A DNA stretch of 64,000 bases, taken from assembly GCF_011386835.1 (NCBI RefSeq), contig NC_088792.1:167834001-167898000 (forward strand). The letters are read 5' to 3'. The translations under genes were made by a program, and so were the position numbers. Below, in pieces: positions 51,981-64,000 of this stretch. Position 1 is the first letter of the stretch; each line of letters opens with the position of its first letter. The notes beneath the pieces were generated by a model. The model was not told where the DNA came from. It saw only the letters and a program-made list of their open reading frames with translations, and did not search any database. The DNA is from Chrysemys picta bellii (Eukaryota).

Positions 51981-53687
51981 CTGGTCTACACTACAGAAAT
52001 TGCTTTTGCCAGTTATATTTAATTAGAATGTTGAGCGCCAGACTCTGGATACATTTATTAGTTAGTTGTATGAATAATCATTTGCAGGATTGGCGGCTAA
52101 AGGAAGACACTCATTTCTTAAGGAAACAATTTCTTACTACTACTTCCTGGCTTATGCCACAGCTTGTGTTAATAAGCCCCCTTTTGATTGGATAATACAG
52201 GGCCAGACATAAAACCCAATGAGGTCAGTGGGAGACATTCCATTTAATTCAGTGAGCTTTGGATCAAACCCACAAAGTACTATGCTGTAAAATGTAGAAG
52301 TGATGCTTTGGTATACATTTAAACCTGGTCAGTTTGTTTCTGCTTCTGTGGGATTTTAAAAATGAAGGGATATGCTACCTGTGCCTTTTATCTAGTGGGG
52401 TATCTAATGGAGAGAACAATGGAGTGCGATTAATAAATATATTTATGCAGCAGAGGCATATTAAATATAAATATTACCATCCAGTTAGATATTTCTTCTT
52501 GTGCACGCTTGCCTTTGAGTTATACAAAGATGTTAATATATATGGACTATTTGTGCTCTGATTTGGAAAAATGGAATATAAAAGCTAGGCATTCTTGTGC
52601 TGTATGCATAGTGCCCATTGAAGCAGTACCTGTGCATTTAAGGGAGAGATTTTCCAAGGCCGAAATGGTGGTTTGGCACCTTTGAATTCCCATTAAAGGT
52701 CTTTGGGAGTTAGGCAATTAACTGACACTTGTGCCTTGGAAAAAAATCTTCCCCTTAGTGTACAACAGGCCCCAGATACACACATGTATTCATTTCTTTC
52801 TTTGTAACTCTGGGCACACATTTTGCCTCCTATGCCTTGAGCACTGACTTTGGGATAATCTCCTAGCCAGTCACCATGTTGTCAAAAAAAATCTCCCTGA
52901 GGGCATTTGTCTGATTTAGTAATGATCCGTATTATCAGAGCTCAAGTCATGCTGGAACACTCCAGAATGCCATTCTGGCACTTGGTTGGGGAACTGCAAT
53001 GGCATCCCAGTACTTCTAGTACTGTCAGTTACCGGAATCTCTTCTGTCAGGATGGAAGTGTGTTCCGGCACATCTCTTTGTAGGACTGAAGCACTGAATA
53101 TTGCGCATGTTTCTCAAAAGCCAATAAATACAAAAATGACCAAATTACAAACTCTAGGATTGAGCCATGGACAATCTAGTAGCTCATATCTTATCCATCC
53201 TCCAGATTGTCAGAGTAGCAAATTTTCCTGCATTAATTTGTTCAGGCTAGTTTTAAATTATTTAAGTATTGGAGCTTCCATTCCTAAATGGCATGCAGGA
53301 GGTTTATGTAATGCAAAGCCAGAGTGATATTCATCTAGTGGCTCTGCCACAGGTGAGTGAGTAGCTGCAAGGTGCTTCCTTACTGCTTTGGGCTCGCTGG
53401 CTGTAGAACAGGGAAGAAGCAGTCTTCACAGGTCTTCTAATATCCCTCTTGCACAGATGGGGAATGGGTGGAGACTTGACGGCACTACTCCAATGTGCTG
53501 GCTAGCACAGCTTTGCTGACATGCCAAGAGGAATAAAATAAAATAAATTTAAATAATAATAATAATACCTAGCTCTTATATAATGCTTTTCATCTGTAGA
53601 TCTCAAAGCACTTTACATGAGAAATCAGTATCATTATGCCCATTTTACAGAAGGGAAAATGGAGGCACCGGGAGCTGCAGTGACTAG

Positions 53688-54200
53688 CCCGCAGGTCTGT
53701 CATTGAATGGCCAGACAGGTTAAAGTGTTCTCCCACTGGTTTTTGAGTATTATGATTCCTGACCATTCAATGACAGACCTGCGGGTGGCTATCTTACAAC
53801 AGAAAAACTTCAAAAACAGACTCCAACGAGAGACTGCTGAGCTGGAATTGATATGCAAACTAGATACAATCAACTTAGGCTTGAATAAGGACTGGGAATG
53901 GCTGAGCCATTACAAACATTGAATCTATCTCCCCTTGTAAGTATTCTCACACTTCTTATCAAACTGTCTGTACTGGGCTATCTTGATTATCACTTCAAAA
54001 GTTTTTTTCTCTTACTTAATTGGCCTCTCAGAGTTGGTAAGACAACTCCCACCTGTTCATGCTCTCTGTATGTGTGTATATATAGCTCCTCAATATATGT
54101 TCTACTCTATATGCATCCGAAGAAGTGGGCTGTAGCCCACGAAAGCTTATGCTCTAATAAATTTGTTAGTCTCTAAGGTGCCACAAGTACTCCTGTTCTT
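53688..54200 (+). mobile_element. 5'-truncated Penelope-like retroelement with 5' inversion
   Basis: 53764-53922 encodes HSMTDLRVAILQQKNFKNRLQRETAELELICKLDTINLGLNKDWEWLSHYKH* (GIY-YIG endonuclease C-terminus of PLEs). 53691-53762 on the minus strand encodes the upstream RNHNTQKPVGEHFNLSGHSMTDL. The 3' repeat and hammerhead motif follow. Confidence 0.9.
54113..54152 (+). ncRNA. Minimal type I hammerhead ribozyme motif (PLE pseudo-LTR)
   Basis: Stem I GCAU/AUGC; core CCGAAGA; extra A; stem II GUGGGC-UGUA-GCCCAC (perfect); GAA; palindromic stem III AGCU; H17=U. U4 of the canonical CUGANGA is C here. Confidence 0.7.
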
Positions 54201-54388
54201 CTTCCTACAACCTGGTCATGCAAGTATTCTTTCCACAAACTCAAACAGTGCCCTTTCCAGCTAAGGCTTTCATAACTTAACAAACATTAATACAGCACCT
54301 CTGTGAGTTCAGCACTACTAATTATCCTCATTTTACAGATACAGAAATAGAGGCACTATGACAAGTGATTTGCCCAAGGTCATGCAGG

Positions 54389-54517
54389 CAGTGGTGCTGG
54401 AACTAGGGGTGCTTGGTGTGCTGCTGCACCCCCTGGCTTGAAGTAGTAATAAGAAACACCAAATATATGGTTTCCACCATCAGCACCCTCACTATAAAAA
54501 TTGTTCCAGCACCCCAG
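54389..54517. mobile_element. Short hAT-like MITE inside a MIR-like SINE
   Basis: TIRs cagtggtgctggaac / gttccagcaccccag. Confidence 0.7.
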
Positions 54518-55254
54518 CCAGTAATAAACGCTGCCAGTCCTGTATTTTAGCTCTAAGCTTATCCTTCCCCTTATATACTTCGTATTCTGTCACGGAGACA
54601 ACACATAAATGTGCTTCATTCCATATGTGTGGTTTTGTTGTTAACAGACAAATAATCAGTGATATTTCGAACTAATTTTCCTAGTTAGCCTTGAAGAATC
54701 ATACTTGAATGCACTATCTGACTGTTGGATTGTGATGCCAAATTTGCATGATGGGGAAAATCTCCTATAACAAATGATTTGTATGCTTTTTTGTGGCTTT
54801 CAAATCTTCAGAGACTTGGATTTTAATTCCTGACCACTGAAGTGTATACACTATGTAATAAAATCATTTTTAATCTCTCCCTTTCTTCCCTCTCATATAT
54901 ATCTATAATTGAGAGAATACTTAATAGTCAAGTTTTGTTTCATGAGTTCAGGGATAACATCATAGTTCTGCTCTTATACATTTTTAGCAAGTGAACACAG
55001 ATGCCTTTACTAAAACCCATCTATAATATGTACTATTTATACAAACACAGTATGAAAAATGAAAAAGGGATGTCAGTCAAAATTACAGTGACATGCCAAG
55101 TCACATGAAATAAACAGCCATAGAGCATAAAGTGTTGAAATACATGTCAGACATTTAAATATAGTAGCCCTGGTCCTAGCCCGCACTCTTTCTGATTAGC
55201 AGTGCAAAGCATTGCTAAACCTGGTGGATCCATGTCCTGGAGGAGCTCTCCTGA

Positions 55255-55545
55255 ATCCGGAGATTAAAAACTGGCTAATTGATAGATCTCCAAAAGTGAC
55301 TGTAAATAGGGAATCATCATGCTATGGGGTTGTTTCAAGTTGAATCCCACTCAATGCAATTCAGTTATTCCCAGTGCTATTCAATAATCTTTATCAATAA
55401 TCTAAAAGAAAATATAAAATCATTGCTGCTATGGTTTGCAGATGACACAAAAATTGATGGAATAGTAAATAATGATAAAAGGTCAGTTTTACACACTAGA
55501 GCAATCAGGATCACATGGTAAACTGAGCTCATTTGAACAACGTGA
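55255..55545 (+). mobile_element. CR1 reverse-transcriptase fragment
   Basis: ORF 55324-55521 contains IIFINNL...LLLWFADDTKIDGIVNN (RT catalytic (Y/F)ADD motif). Confidence 0.8.
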
Positions 55546-56640
55546 ATTGCATCTCTTTCTAGCCACAGCACAGAATCGGTACTCCATCCTCATCCCTTCT
55601 TGACCTGTCAGCCACCTTCCACATCATCAACAAAGCTTTTTTTGAAATCTTGTCCTCTTGGGCTTCCATGGCTCTGTCCTCTCCTGGTTCTCCTCCTACT
55701 GCTCAATCTCGGGTTCAATGTATTCTTCGGAGGATACTCCTCATCTGCCCTCCAACTTTCTGTGGCAGTTCTATGGGGGTCTGTCCTAGGTTCTTTTTTC
55801 TTCTCCCTCTACATATTATCTCTGGGTAATATCATCCACAAACAGAAAATCTACCTCTCTAGTCCATATCTGTTTCCTGCTGTCCAAATTACAACCTCAG
55901 TCTGTCACTTTGACATCACCTTGTGGGATGTCTAGCCATCAGCTCAAGCTCAACATGGCTAAAAGAGAACTCTACATCTCCCCCCCCAAAAAAGCCCCTC
56001 CCCATTAGCTCCTTTCTTGATCATCGTGGGCAACACCATTATCCTGCCTGTCACACAGCTCAGTAACCTGCCCATCATCTTGGATCTCTTTCAAGGTCCT
56101 CACATCTAGGCTATATCTAAATCCTGTCAATTCTTTCTACATAACAACTCCATGATATAGCCTTTCCTATCCATTCAGACAGCAAAACATCTCATCAAGG
56201 CTGTCATCATCCCACGCCTCGGTTACTGCAACATCCTTCTTTCCAGCTGTGACAAATGCAATCCTGTCCCACACATACCCCTGTGAAATAAGAGACCTGA
56301 GGTACAGAGGGATTAAGTAACTTGTCCAAGGTCGCAAAGGAAATCTGTGGCAGAGAAGACAATTGAACCCAGGACTATTATATGAGCACCCTTTGCTGCA
56401 AAGATCATTTCCCTAACCCATTGCTCCGACCAGGCCACCCTCTCTTTCCATCGCTCTACCACCTCTGTTGTATCAAACATAAGCTACTTGTCTTCACTTT
56501 CAGGGCCCTTCATGACTTACCCCTACCCTACCTAGCATTCCTCATTCAGTATCAAGGGGTCAACTGCACCCTTTGATTGGCCCACGATGTCAGCCCCCCT
56601 CATTCACTTGTACAGTGCCTAGCACAATGCAGTTCTGGTC
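55546..56640 (+). mobile_element. L2 LINE fragment (with a MIR-like insert at about 56285-56385)
   Basis: Pyrimidine-rich L2-type RT sequence (cttgacctgtcagccaccttccac..., ctcaagctcaacatggctaaaag, ggttactgcaacatcctt). Confidence 0.7.
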
Positions 56641-56679
56641 CATGGCTAGGTCTCCTGGAAGCTACAGTAATACTACAGA

Positions 56680-57103
56680 AGAAGCTCAATCTATTCAGTT
56701 TATCCAAGAGAAGATTAATAGGCGATTTCATCGTGATCTATAGGTATCTTCAAGAGAAGAAGGTTTATAATAGTAGAGGGCTGTTTAAGCTAGCAAACAA
56801 AGGCATAACAACAGCCAGTGGCTGGAAAGCTGAAGCTAGACAAATTCAGACTAGAAATAAGGTGCAATTTTTTTGAAGTGATGATAATTAGCCATTTGAA
56901 CAACTTACCTAAAGATGTGGTGGACTCACTGTCACTTGCAGTCTCTAAATGAAAATTGGATGTCTTCCTAAACAATATGTGTTAGCTCAGTCAGTAGTTT
57001 TTGTCGTGATATAAGTATTACTAGGTGAAATTCTATGGTCTGTGCATGCAAGCAGTCAGACTAGATGATCACAATCCCTTCTGATCTTACAACATTTGAA
57101 ATC
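56680..57103 (+). mobile_element. CR1 3' fragment
   Basis: Encodes LNLFSLSKRRLIGDFIVIYRYLQ (CR1 ORF2 C-terminal motif) and ends in a CR1-like tail (gactagatgatc...cccttctgatcttac). Confidence 0.8.
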
Positions 57104-59127
57104 CTGGATGGGATAGGGCCACTCAATGCCGGGGCCCATGGGGCATGGCTGGGATAACCCACTTATCCCTGGCCATTGCAATAGCTCCTCAGGGCCGTTG
57201 GCAACTGGAGCAGATTACAATAGCCTGTGACGGGAGTGCACCAGCACAACGCAGACATAGGATCAGGAGAGCACAAAGGAACCTTTGTGTGTCAGACTTC
57301 AGCTGTGCCAAACATCCTTTGTGTACAGGTGAGGATCTGGCTCAATAGAGGCAGCCAATAAGAATATAAGACCTTTATAGTCACATCAGTCATGGTTCCA
57401 TATGAGCACAGGACCAGCACTGTGCTCTGCAGAACAGAAACTCCTGGGCCACTATCACTGCATAAACCACACCAGCTGCGGAGTCCAAGGGAGAGAAAAG
57501 GTAGCAGACTCTAAGAAGTGAGAGTGCTGACACCTTCCAATTGCTTTCTTGCCCTATCCCAGTAAAGTGGATTAGCTGTTGAACTTTCTGGGCTGAGATG
57601 GACGCTCAAGAGCATAGTAAATGATGAATAGACAGGATGGGTTGCTGCAACCTAAGGAATCATGACATACTCATTGCAGAGTGTAGGTTTAGAAGAATTG
57701 CATGCAGCACCATGTGGATCGCAAACTATTCTCTGCATAGGAAATAACCAGGAAGAATTGGGAGGCAGGTAGCTCCTCCTCACCTACGCACAACCCTCCA
57801 TGGGAGAAGGGATGAAAACACCTGCAACTACCACTAATTGGGTGGAGGGGTTGAAAGAACAACAGTTGCCCATCAAATCAAGAACAGTATCCCCAAGAGA
57901 AAAATAATCTATCTAAGGTACTTATATGATAACACACACACCCCCATTAGCATTGTATTGGAACACCTAATGTATGTATCCTAACAATATTCTGTGAGGT
58001 AAGGGACCTCAGGTACAGGGTTTTACGTGGGGGATTTACAGGAGGTTACGTGACTTACCCAAGGTGACACATGAAGTCTGTGGCAGAGCAGGGAATTGAA
58101 CCCTAACCACCAGACCATCCTGCTTCGCAATTTAATACCTATCAGGACCTAGCATTCCAGGGTCATAGGGTGAACAAAGGAGGCTGCATGGTGATAAGAG
58201 AGGAAACATAGTAGGGGAGAGAGAAAGAGATGAGTAGGGGAGAGAGGAGGAAGACAGGATGAAGGTAGAGACACGAATGGAAAGGGATGTGATGTGACAA
58301 AAGGGAAAGATTTAGGGTGGCACAGAAAGGGAAAGCAAAAAAAGGAAAGGGAGATGGTACAAGGGGAGTGAGATGTAATGCCAAAGGAAGAAGTGTGTTG
58401 AAGAGAAGAAAATGAAAGTGATATCCAATAGGAAAAAACAAAATATTGAAAGATAGATAGTGGGAAACAAGGAACTTGGGGGTTGTGCTGGGGGTGGGCA
58501 GAATCGTAAAAGAGAAGAGAGAAAGGCAACATGAAGGAAGAATGGTCTTAAGGAGAAAACAAACTTGTCTGAATAATACCTGCCTCCTTTGTGTGGGAGA
58601 TGTGAGGATTAGTTAATGTTTGCACTGCACTTTGAGGCTGAAGATATAAAGCATTATTTAAGAGTTAAGTATTGTTATTTTACCTTGAAAAGATTATTGA
58701 CTGAAGAAAAACACACTGAAAAAGCCAGGAGCAATCTCCGAACATATACAGCAGAAGGAAGGGGAAATGGAAAAGAAAAGGAAGCGTAAACTCAAGGGAA
58801 ACAAAATTGGTCAGATTCATTCTGGGTCTAGTTCCATTAAACTCAGTAACACTAGGGATGACTTTGACACAGTAAGTTGAAGTTTTATAATTTTTAGAAA
58901 TATGAATGGCAAAATTCACACTGAAATGCATGTACGGGTTTGATTTCGCATATCCATGGATAAGAAGAGGGTTGAGGCCCATTTGCTGCTGTGATTGTGA
59001 AGGATGGGTCTGATAAAGGTGTGACACACCACAGTACTGATATTTATTTATTGATTCAAATTTTTAAGCAGACATATAGGTGCCCATCCAGTGCTCTGTG
59101 GACCTACCCCATAAATTGTCAATCGCA

Positions 59128-59727
59128 TAGGATTGCCAAGTCTCCACTTTTTGAATGGAACACCAGTCGAAAAGGGATCCTGGCAGTTCTGATCAGCACT
59201 GCTGACCAGGCTGTAAAAAGTCTGGTTGGCAGCGCAGTGGAGCTAAAGTAGGCTCCCTGCCTGCCCTGACTCCACATGGCTCCTGGAAGCAGCTTGCATA
59301 TACCTGCAGTCCCTAGGCTCCGCACGCTTCCCCCACCCCAAGCGCTGGCTCCGCAGCTCCCATTGGCTGAGAACCGCAGCCAATGGGAACTGTGGGGGCG
59401 ACACCTGTGGGCAGGGGCAGTGCGCAGAGCCCCCTGGCCACGCCTTTGCCTAGGAGCCAGAGGGACATGTCCCTGCTTCCCAAGAGTCGCCTGGAGCCTG
59501 CTCATCTCAGCCCCTCCCCCACCCCAACCTCCTGCCCCAGCCTGGTGAAAATGAGCAAATGAGCAAGGGTGGGGAAGAGCGAGTGACAGAAGAAGGGGGG
59601 ATGGAGTAAGTGGAGGGCAGGGCCTTTGAGAAGGGGTGGAGTAGGGGCAGCGCCTTGGGGAAAGGGGTGGGGCAGGTGGCAGGGCAAGGGTGTTTGGTTT
59701 TCTGCAATTAGAAAGTTGGTAACCCTA
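59128..59727. mobile_element. hAT-like MITE
   Basis: Termini taggattgccaa / ttggtaacccta; GC-rich interior shared with other turtle MITEs; TSD degenerate. Confidence 0.7.
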
Positions 59728-60834
59728 CAAATCACATTATAAACAAAAGAACTGCCCTTACCCTTTTCTATTTCAGCCCTCAACCTCCTCAGTGGCCTTA
59801 ACAAAGATTTAAAGAAGATAGGCTTTGCAGTGTGCCCAGAAGATATAACAAATCTGGGCTTTGAGCGACTGATCTTTATTTCCTGACCCCAATCACATGA
59901 CAGAACTACTATCCCTAGCACATGGCAGAAGTCATGAGCACTTCTGACACCAAATGGCTATTATTACAACTCCCTGTTTTTCTTCCACTTTCTTTCTTTT
60001 GAAAATCACATGCCACCATCTTTGATCCTCAGTTTGCCTTCTGATCACATAGTTTTGAGACACAGGAGTGGCTATCTTTCTGCTCTGGACTGTTCAATCG
60101 CTGAGGTTGTTCTGTCATTTTTTGCTTCTTACTTCTTGGTACTATTTTTTTTCCCTCAGCCTATTGCTCTCTGAAGTGGTGATCCTAATAAAGTTTTTTG
60201 AGTTGTATTGTAATATTCCAACAGTGCTATATATTGAATTATAGAGAACTTCTTTTCTTTCCCTGCTGTTTGTTTTCTTTAGTTTAGTTTTTGCACTGAT
60301 TTTTCTGTTAACCTACCTGACTCTACAAAGTCAGAGTTTGATGTGGTGTGCTTCAGCCTTGCCAGAATCATCCACTTATGAACGGTGGGTCATTCTCTGT
60401 TAATGGAATTCACTTGGAATCCACTGGTGAACAATCTAAGAGTTACAGTGAGTTGTTAATCTTACTACTTGATTTGCTGGGCAGCAGGTCAGTTTAAACA
60501 CAACAAAACTGAGCATTAGTTCACAAATAAGACATAATCTTTTCTGTTAACTTCAAACAGATCCATGTCAAACTTGCACCAAGAACGAACAGGAGTATTA
60601 TATGGTCTTATTGTTTTCTTTGCATTCCGTTTATTTTGTTTATTACAGAATTCACAAATACAGCCCTTATCCTCAATAGTAATATTCAGACCTGTCCAGA
60701 ATAGTAAATTTTGGGCTCAGTTTTTATACATCTCAATACCCACATGAGCAATGTCAAATACCTTTAACCTTTCTGACATCATGCCGTGTGGTATTATGAC
60801 AAGATGGCTTTTGGGGGGGGGTACAGAAGCCCAT

Positions 60835-61551
60835 TGTCATAGAGCAGTCTCCCCTCCCCCCGAGAGCCCTCCTGCAGCAGGCTGTCGCACGACAGGTGTG
60901 TCTGCCTCAGTTTCCCTTTGATCCAGCTATAAAAAGAGTATTCTCTCACTGTCCAATTCAAAGGCCTGCCTCTGGACATGATTTATTCATGTACAGATGC
61001 AATAATCTACTGAACCATCATGATAAAAGGTGATTTTCTATTTCACAGTAAAAACATTTCAAAATACAGACATTTTCTATTCCTCTCTCCAGAGACTTCA
61101 CTTCTATGTCAACCACCCAGGAATCCATCAGCATGTGATGCCCAGTTCCTTTCTGCCCTTGTTCCAGGGCACCACTCTCCAAGCCATTCAAGCCACTGAG
61201 AGTGACCAGTTTCATGACTCTTCTACCCAAACACAGTCCAACAACTCAGTCCTTTTCAGCCTCCAGCATTGGCTTTCCGGCTCAGGAAGGCCCACTGGCT
61301 TCCTGACAATTTCTCCCTCAGTGAGGGCCTGTGGAGCTTTCTCGTTGCTGCAGCTTCCCGCCAAGACCTCTTCCAGTCCCCGGATCTCTGGCTCTCACCT
61401 ATCAGTCTCCTGACTGATCTACTCTGTTGTCACGCTTTCCCATCTATATGTCCCAGATGCCCTCTCTTAAAACCCAGTTAGGAAGTAGCTGACTAGTCAC
61501 AGGTGCACGGGACCCAACATCCTCTTAAAAGGGGCCAGCCACCCTGTCACA
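60835..61551 (-). mobile_element. Solo LTR (717 bp; Gypsy/ERV-type)
   Basis: TGT...ACA termini (TGTCATAG...CCCTGTCACA); perfect 5-bp TSD CCCAT (60830-60834, 61552-61556); AATAAA on the minus strand at 60982-60987. Confidence 0.8.
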
Positions 61552-64000
61552 CCCATCATATGCAGAAATCCCATCTCTATAGTCCCATTTTTATGTTTGG
61601 AAGTATCTGAGCTTTTTCTGATGACCATCCATCTAGAATTACTTTCTTAAGCTCTGATAAGGTTGGGTCATTTTGTGTTTCTCATTTGAGCTTGTCAAAA
61701 AACAAAAGTTAATGTGGAAATGGGTAGTACTTGAGTCCTGTTTACTTCAAACCCCTGTTCCTGCAGCTCCCCTGGGAATGCACTACAGCTGTCTAATGCT
61801 TCAGCATCTGCCACATATTGCAGCGTGGGGGACACCCCAATGTGGCTTCTCTGCAATGCTATTTGCTTCCAGGAAAATTTGGAAGCAGAGCAGCCACTTC
61901 CTCCCATTCTTTGCCAGGATCCATGCCATCCATTCTATTTTTGCTGAAGATTTAAGCCAAATTTTTCAAAACTATGTGCCTGCAGATAGACTTCTAAGTT
62001 TATATATAGTCACCTAAATATATAGCCTGATTTTCAAAACTGCTGAATACTCAGCAGCTTCTTAGCTACCCAATCTGTAAGCACCCGTTTTTTTAAATAT
62101 TGGCCATAGTTTTTTTTTTCCAGTAACTATGTGATGAAAAGAGCATGAGCTTATTTCCTGGCTCTAGTAACAGTTGGGTCAAGATTACCCAGAACACAGG
62201 AGCCTAGTGGTCCTATGCTTTGAAAAGGGGACAACCCCACTTTAGTAGGTGGAATTAATCTTATATGGTTTGGAATCAAATATTTGTGTGTGTTTTTGCA
62301 GTGCTGTTGCAGGATTTTTATATAAGTTTTTGTATGTGTTTGGCAGGCAATACAGAAGCATATTTGGGACTTCATGGATTTAGTAGATCCTTTTTCTCCC
62401 CTAAATCTGGCACTGCCAATTGGAGGGAAAGGACTGATGCTGGCTGGGGCGATTTATGGAAGGGATGAGTTAATGCTGTCTGGAGTGCCAAGCCTCAATG
62501 GGCCAAGGGAATGTTGGGAAGGGTTTATGTTTTTTAAATAGAAAGCAGGTATAATTCTATAGTGCTGGCAGATCTCACTTTGAGTGTTTGGAATTTTCTG
62601 AGTACCACTTAACCTCAGGTTACACACAGGACTGAATCAGTTCATAGCTAGTCAGCAGTCTGTTGGTCTGTAAATATCCAGTTTGAAATGAAGGTATTAG
62701 CAAGTGCACAAGTGACTCCAGGTCCTGCCAGGAGTGAACCAATGATTCTATCTGCCATCTGCCTACTTATTGACTATTTAATATTTCAAACAGTTGGGCA
62801 TATCTTCACTATCAAGTTAGTAGAGAGACAAAAAATTAGATCACAGCAGAACTACAGTAATAACTAGTAAGTAATAAGACATAATCAGCAATATATATTT
62901 CTGGATTATTATAAGGTGGTGTTATCCAAGAGAGACTGATTTTGGCTTGTCAAGAAGTGCAGTAACTGCTCTGAAATTCAATGAATAGACTGTTCTATTT
63001 GTAATATGAAATGGAATTTAGACTGTACGGTGGGAAACAACATTGCCCATAAAGTTCTCAGGCAATGTAAAGAGGTCTATGGCAATAGTGACAACTAAAC
63101 AGGAAGCTGCCGTGCAATCCAAAGCCATTTTAAAAATGTGCTTAGTTACACTGATCAGAACAGAGTGTGGCAAAAATTGTTTGCTGGTCCATGTCTGAAT
63201 ATGCCATTAGCATGGGATTTAAGCTCTTTGGGGCAAGGACCGTCCTTTTGTTTTGTGTTCATACAGCAGCTAGCACAATAGTGTCTGGGTCCATGTCTGG
63301 GGCTCCTAGGGGCTACCCTAATAATACAAATACTAATAATAATACTTAGCAAAATGTTATGTAAAGCCCACACTCTCTAGCTCCCTACTGCAAATAAGTG
63401 CTCTTTATTACATTGTCCTATAAAATATATGCCAAACACGTAGAGCCTGATCTAATTCCCATTGAAATAAGTGAGAATCTTCTCCTTGAATTCACTGGGT
63501 TCTAGATAGGGTTCTCACTTTCACTGAACAATTTTCTCCTAATTAGAGAGGTTGCCCTTGAAAATTATTGCCATTGCCCATCAGAATGACATTTTAAAGA
63601 AAGTGTCAGTGTTTCCATTTCTCACAATTTCCTGGTGAGTCATGTGATTTCAGACAGGACTGCAGCTAGTTTCATGATGATGATAGATGCTACAACCGTC
63701 TCATGAAGGGGGTAATCACCCTTTGATTGGCTTCCTTCCCCACTCCCCTGCCTCCTCAGAAAGAGCAGCCAATCAGAGCTGCTGCAGGGGCCAGGCAGAG
63801 TTTCCCCCCTTACTTGCAAGAGACAGAAGAGTTTTTAAGCAGGAGATGGGGGAATAGGGAGCAGCCAACATCATTCTCACAGGTGGGGAGATCCTGGCAG
63901 CTCAGGCTAGTCTCATGATTTTGGGGGGGTTGTCACATGGGTGTTGAATGTTTAGGGTTGGCACTACTGAAATGAACTTCCACAGAGCCACATGAAGAGC

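Noticed and set aside
38497-64000. Search for CDH6 exon 3 (LHSDQD...DINDNEP) and later exons
   Set aside because: No such peptide was seen in the ORF track or by eye; it probably lies beyond the window. A short exon lacking a start codon could have been missed without tBLASTn.

Overview
Vertebrate genomic DNA, almost certainly from a turtle (inferred from the repeat families and a reptile-type CDH6 sequence). The only protein-coding sequence I can support is the first coding exon of the type II cadherin CDH6 on the + strand (exon about 38143-38496, CDS 38269-38496). The rest is non-coding: probably intron 1 upstream and intron 2 downstream. Exon 1 and exon 3 were not found. The window is dense in interspersed repeats: hAT MITEs (six with perfect 8-bp TSDs), PIF/Harbinger-type MITEs, CR1 and L2 LINE fragments, MIR-like SINEs, a solo LTR with a 5-bp TSD, and five Penelope-like element (PLE) fragments, whose 3' repeat carries a minimal hammerhead-ribozyme motif. 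The most unusual structure not explained by known repeats is a set of four short-range inverted duplications of local sequence (7962-8657; 18556-18643 vs 20120-20207; 22397-22513 vs 23105-23221; 41944-42063). Three of them sit in hairpin-prone sites (MITE palindromes, a (TA)n tract). A short uORF in the CDH6 5'UTR also deserves follow-up. I see no evidence for a wholly new gene system. The best leads are the templated inversions, the intronic hammerhead motifs and the uORF. Family names for repeats come from recall of TIR/TSD and motif patterns, not from a database search.
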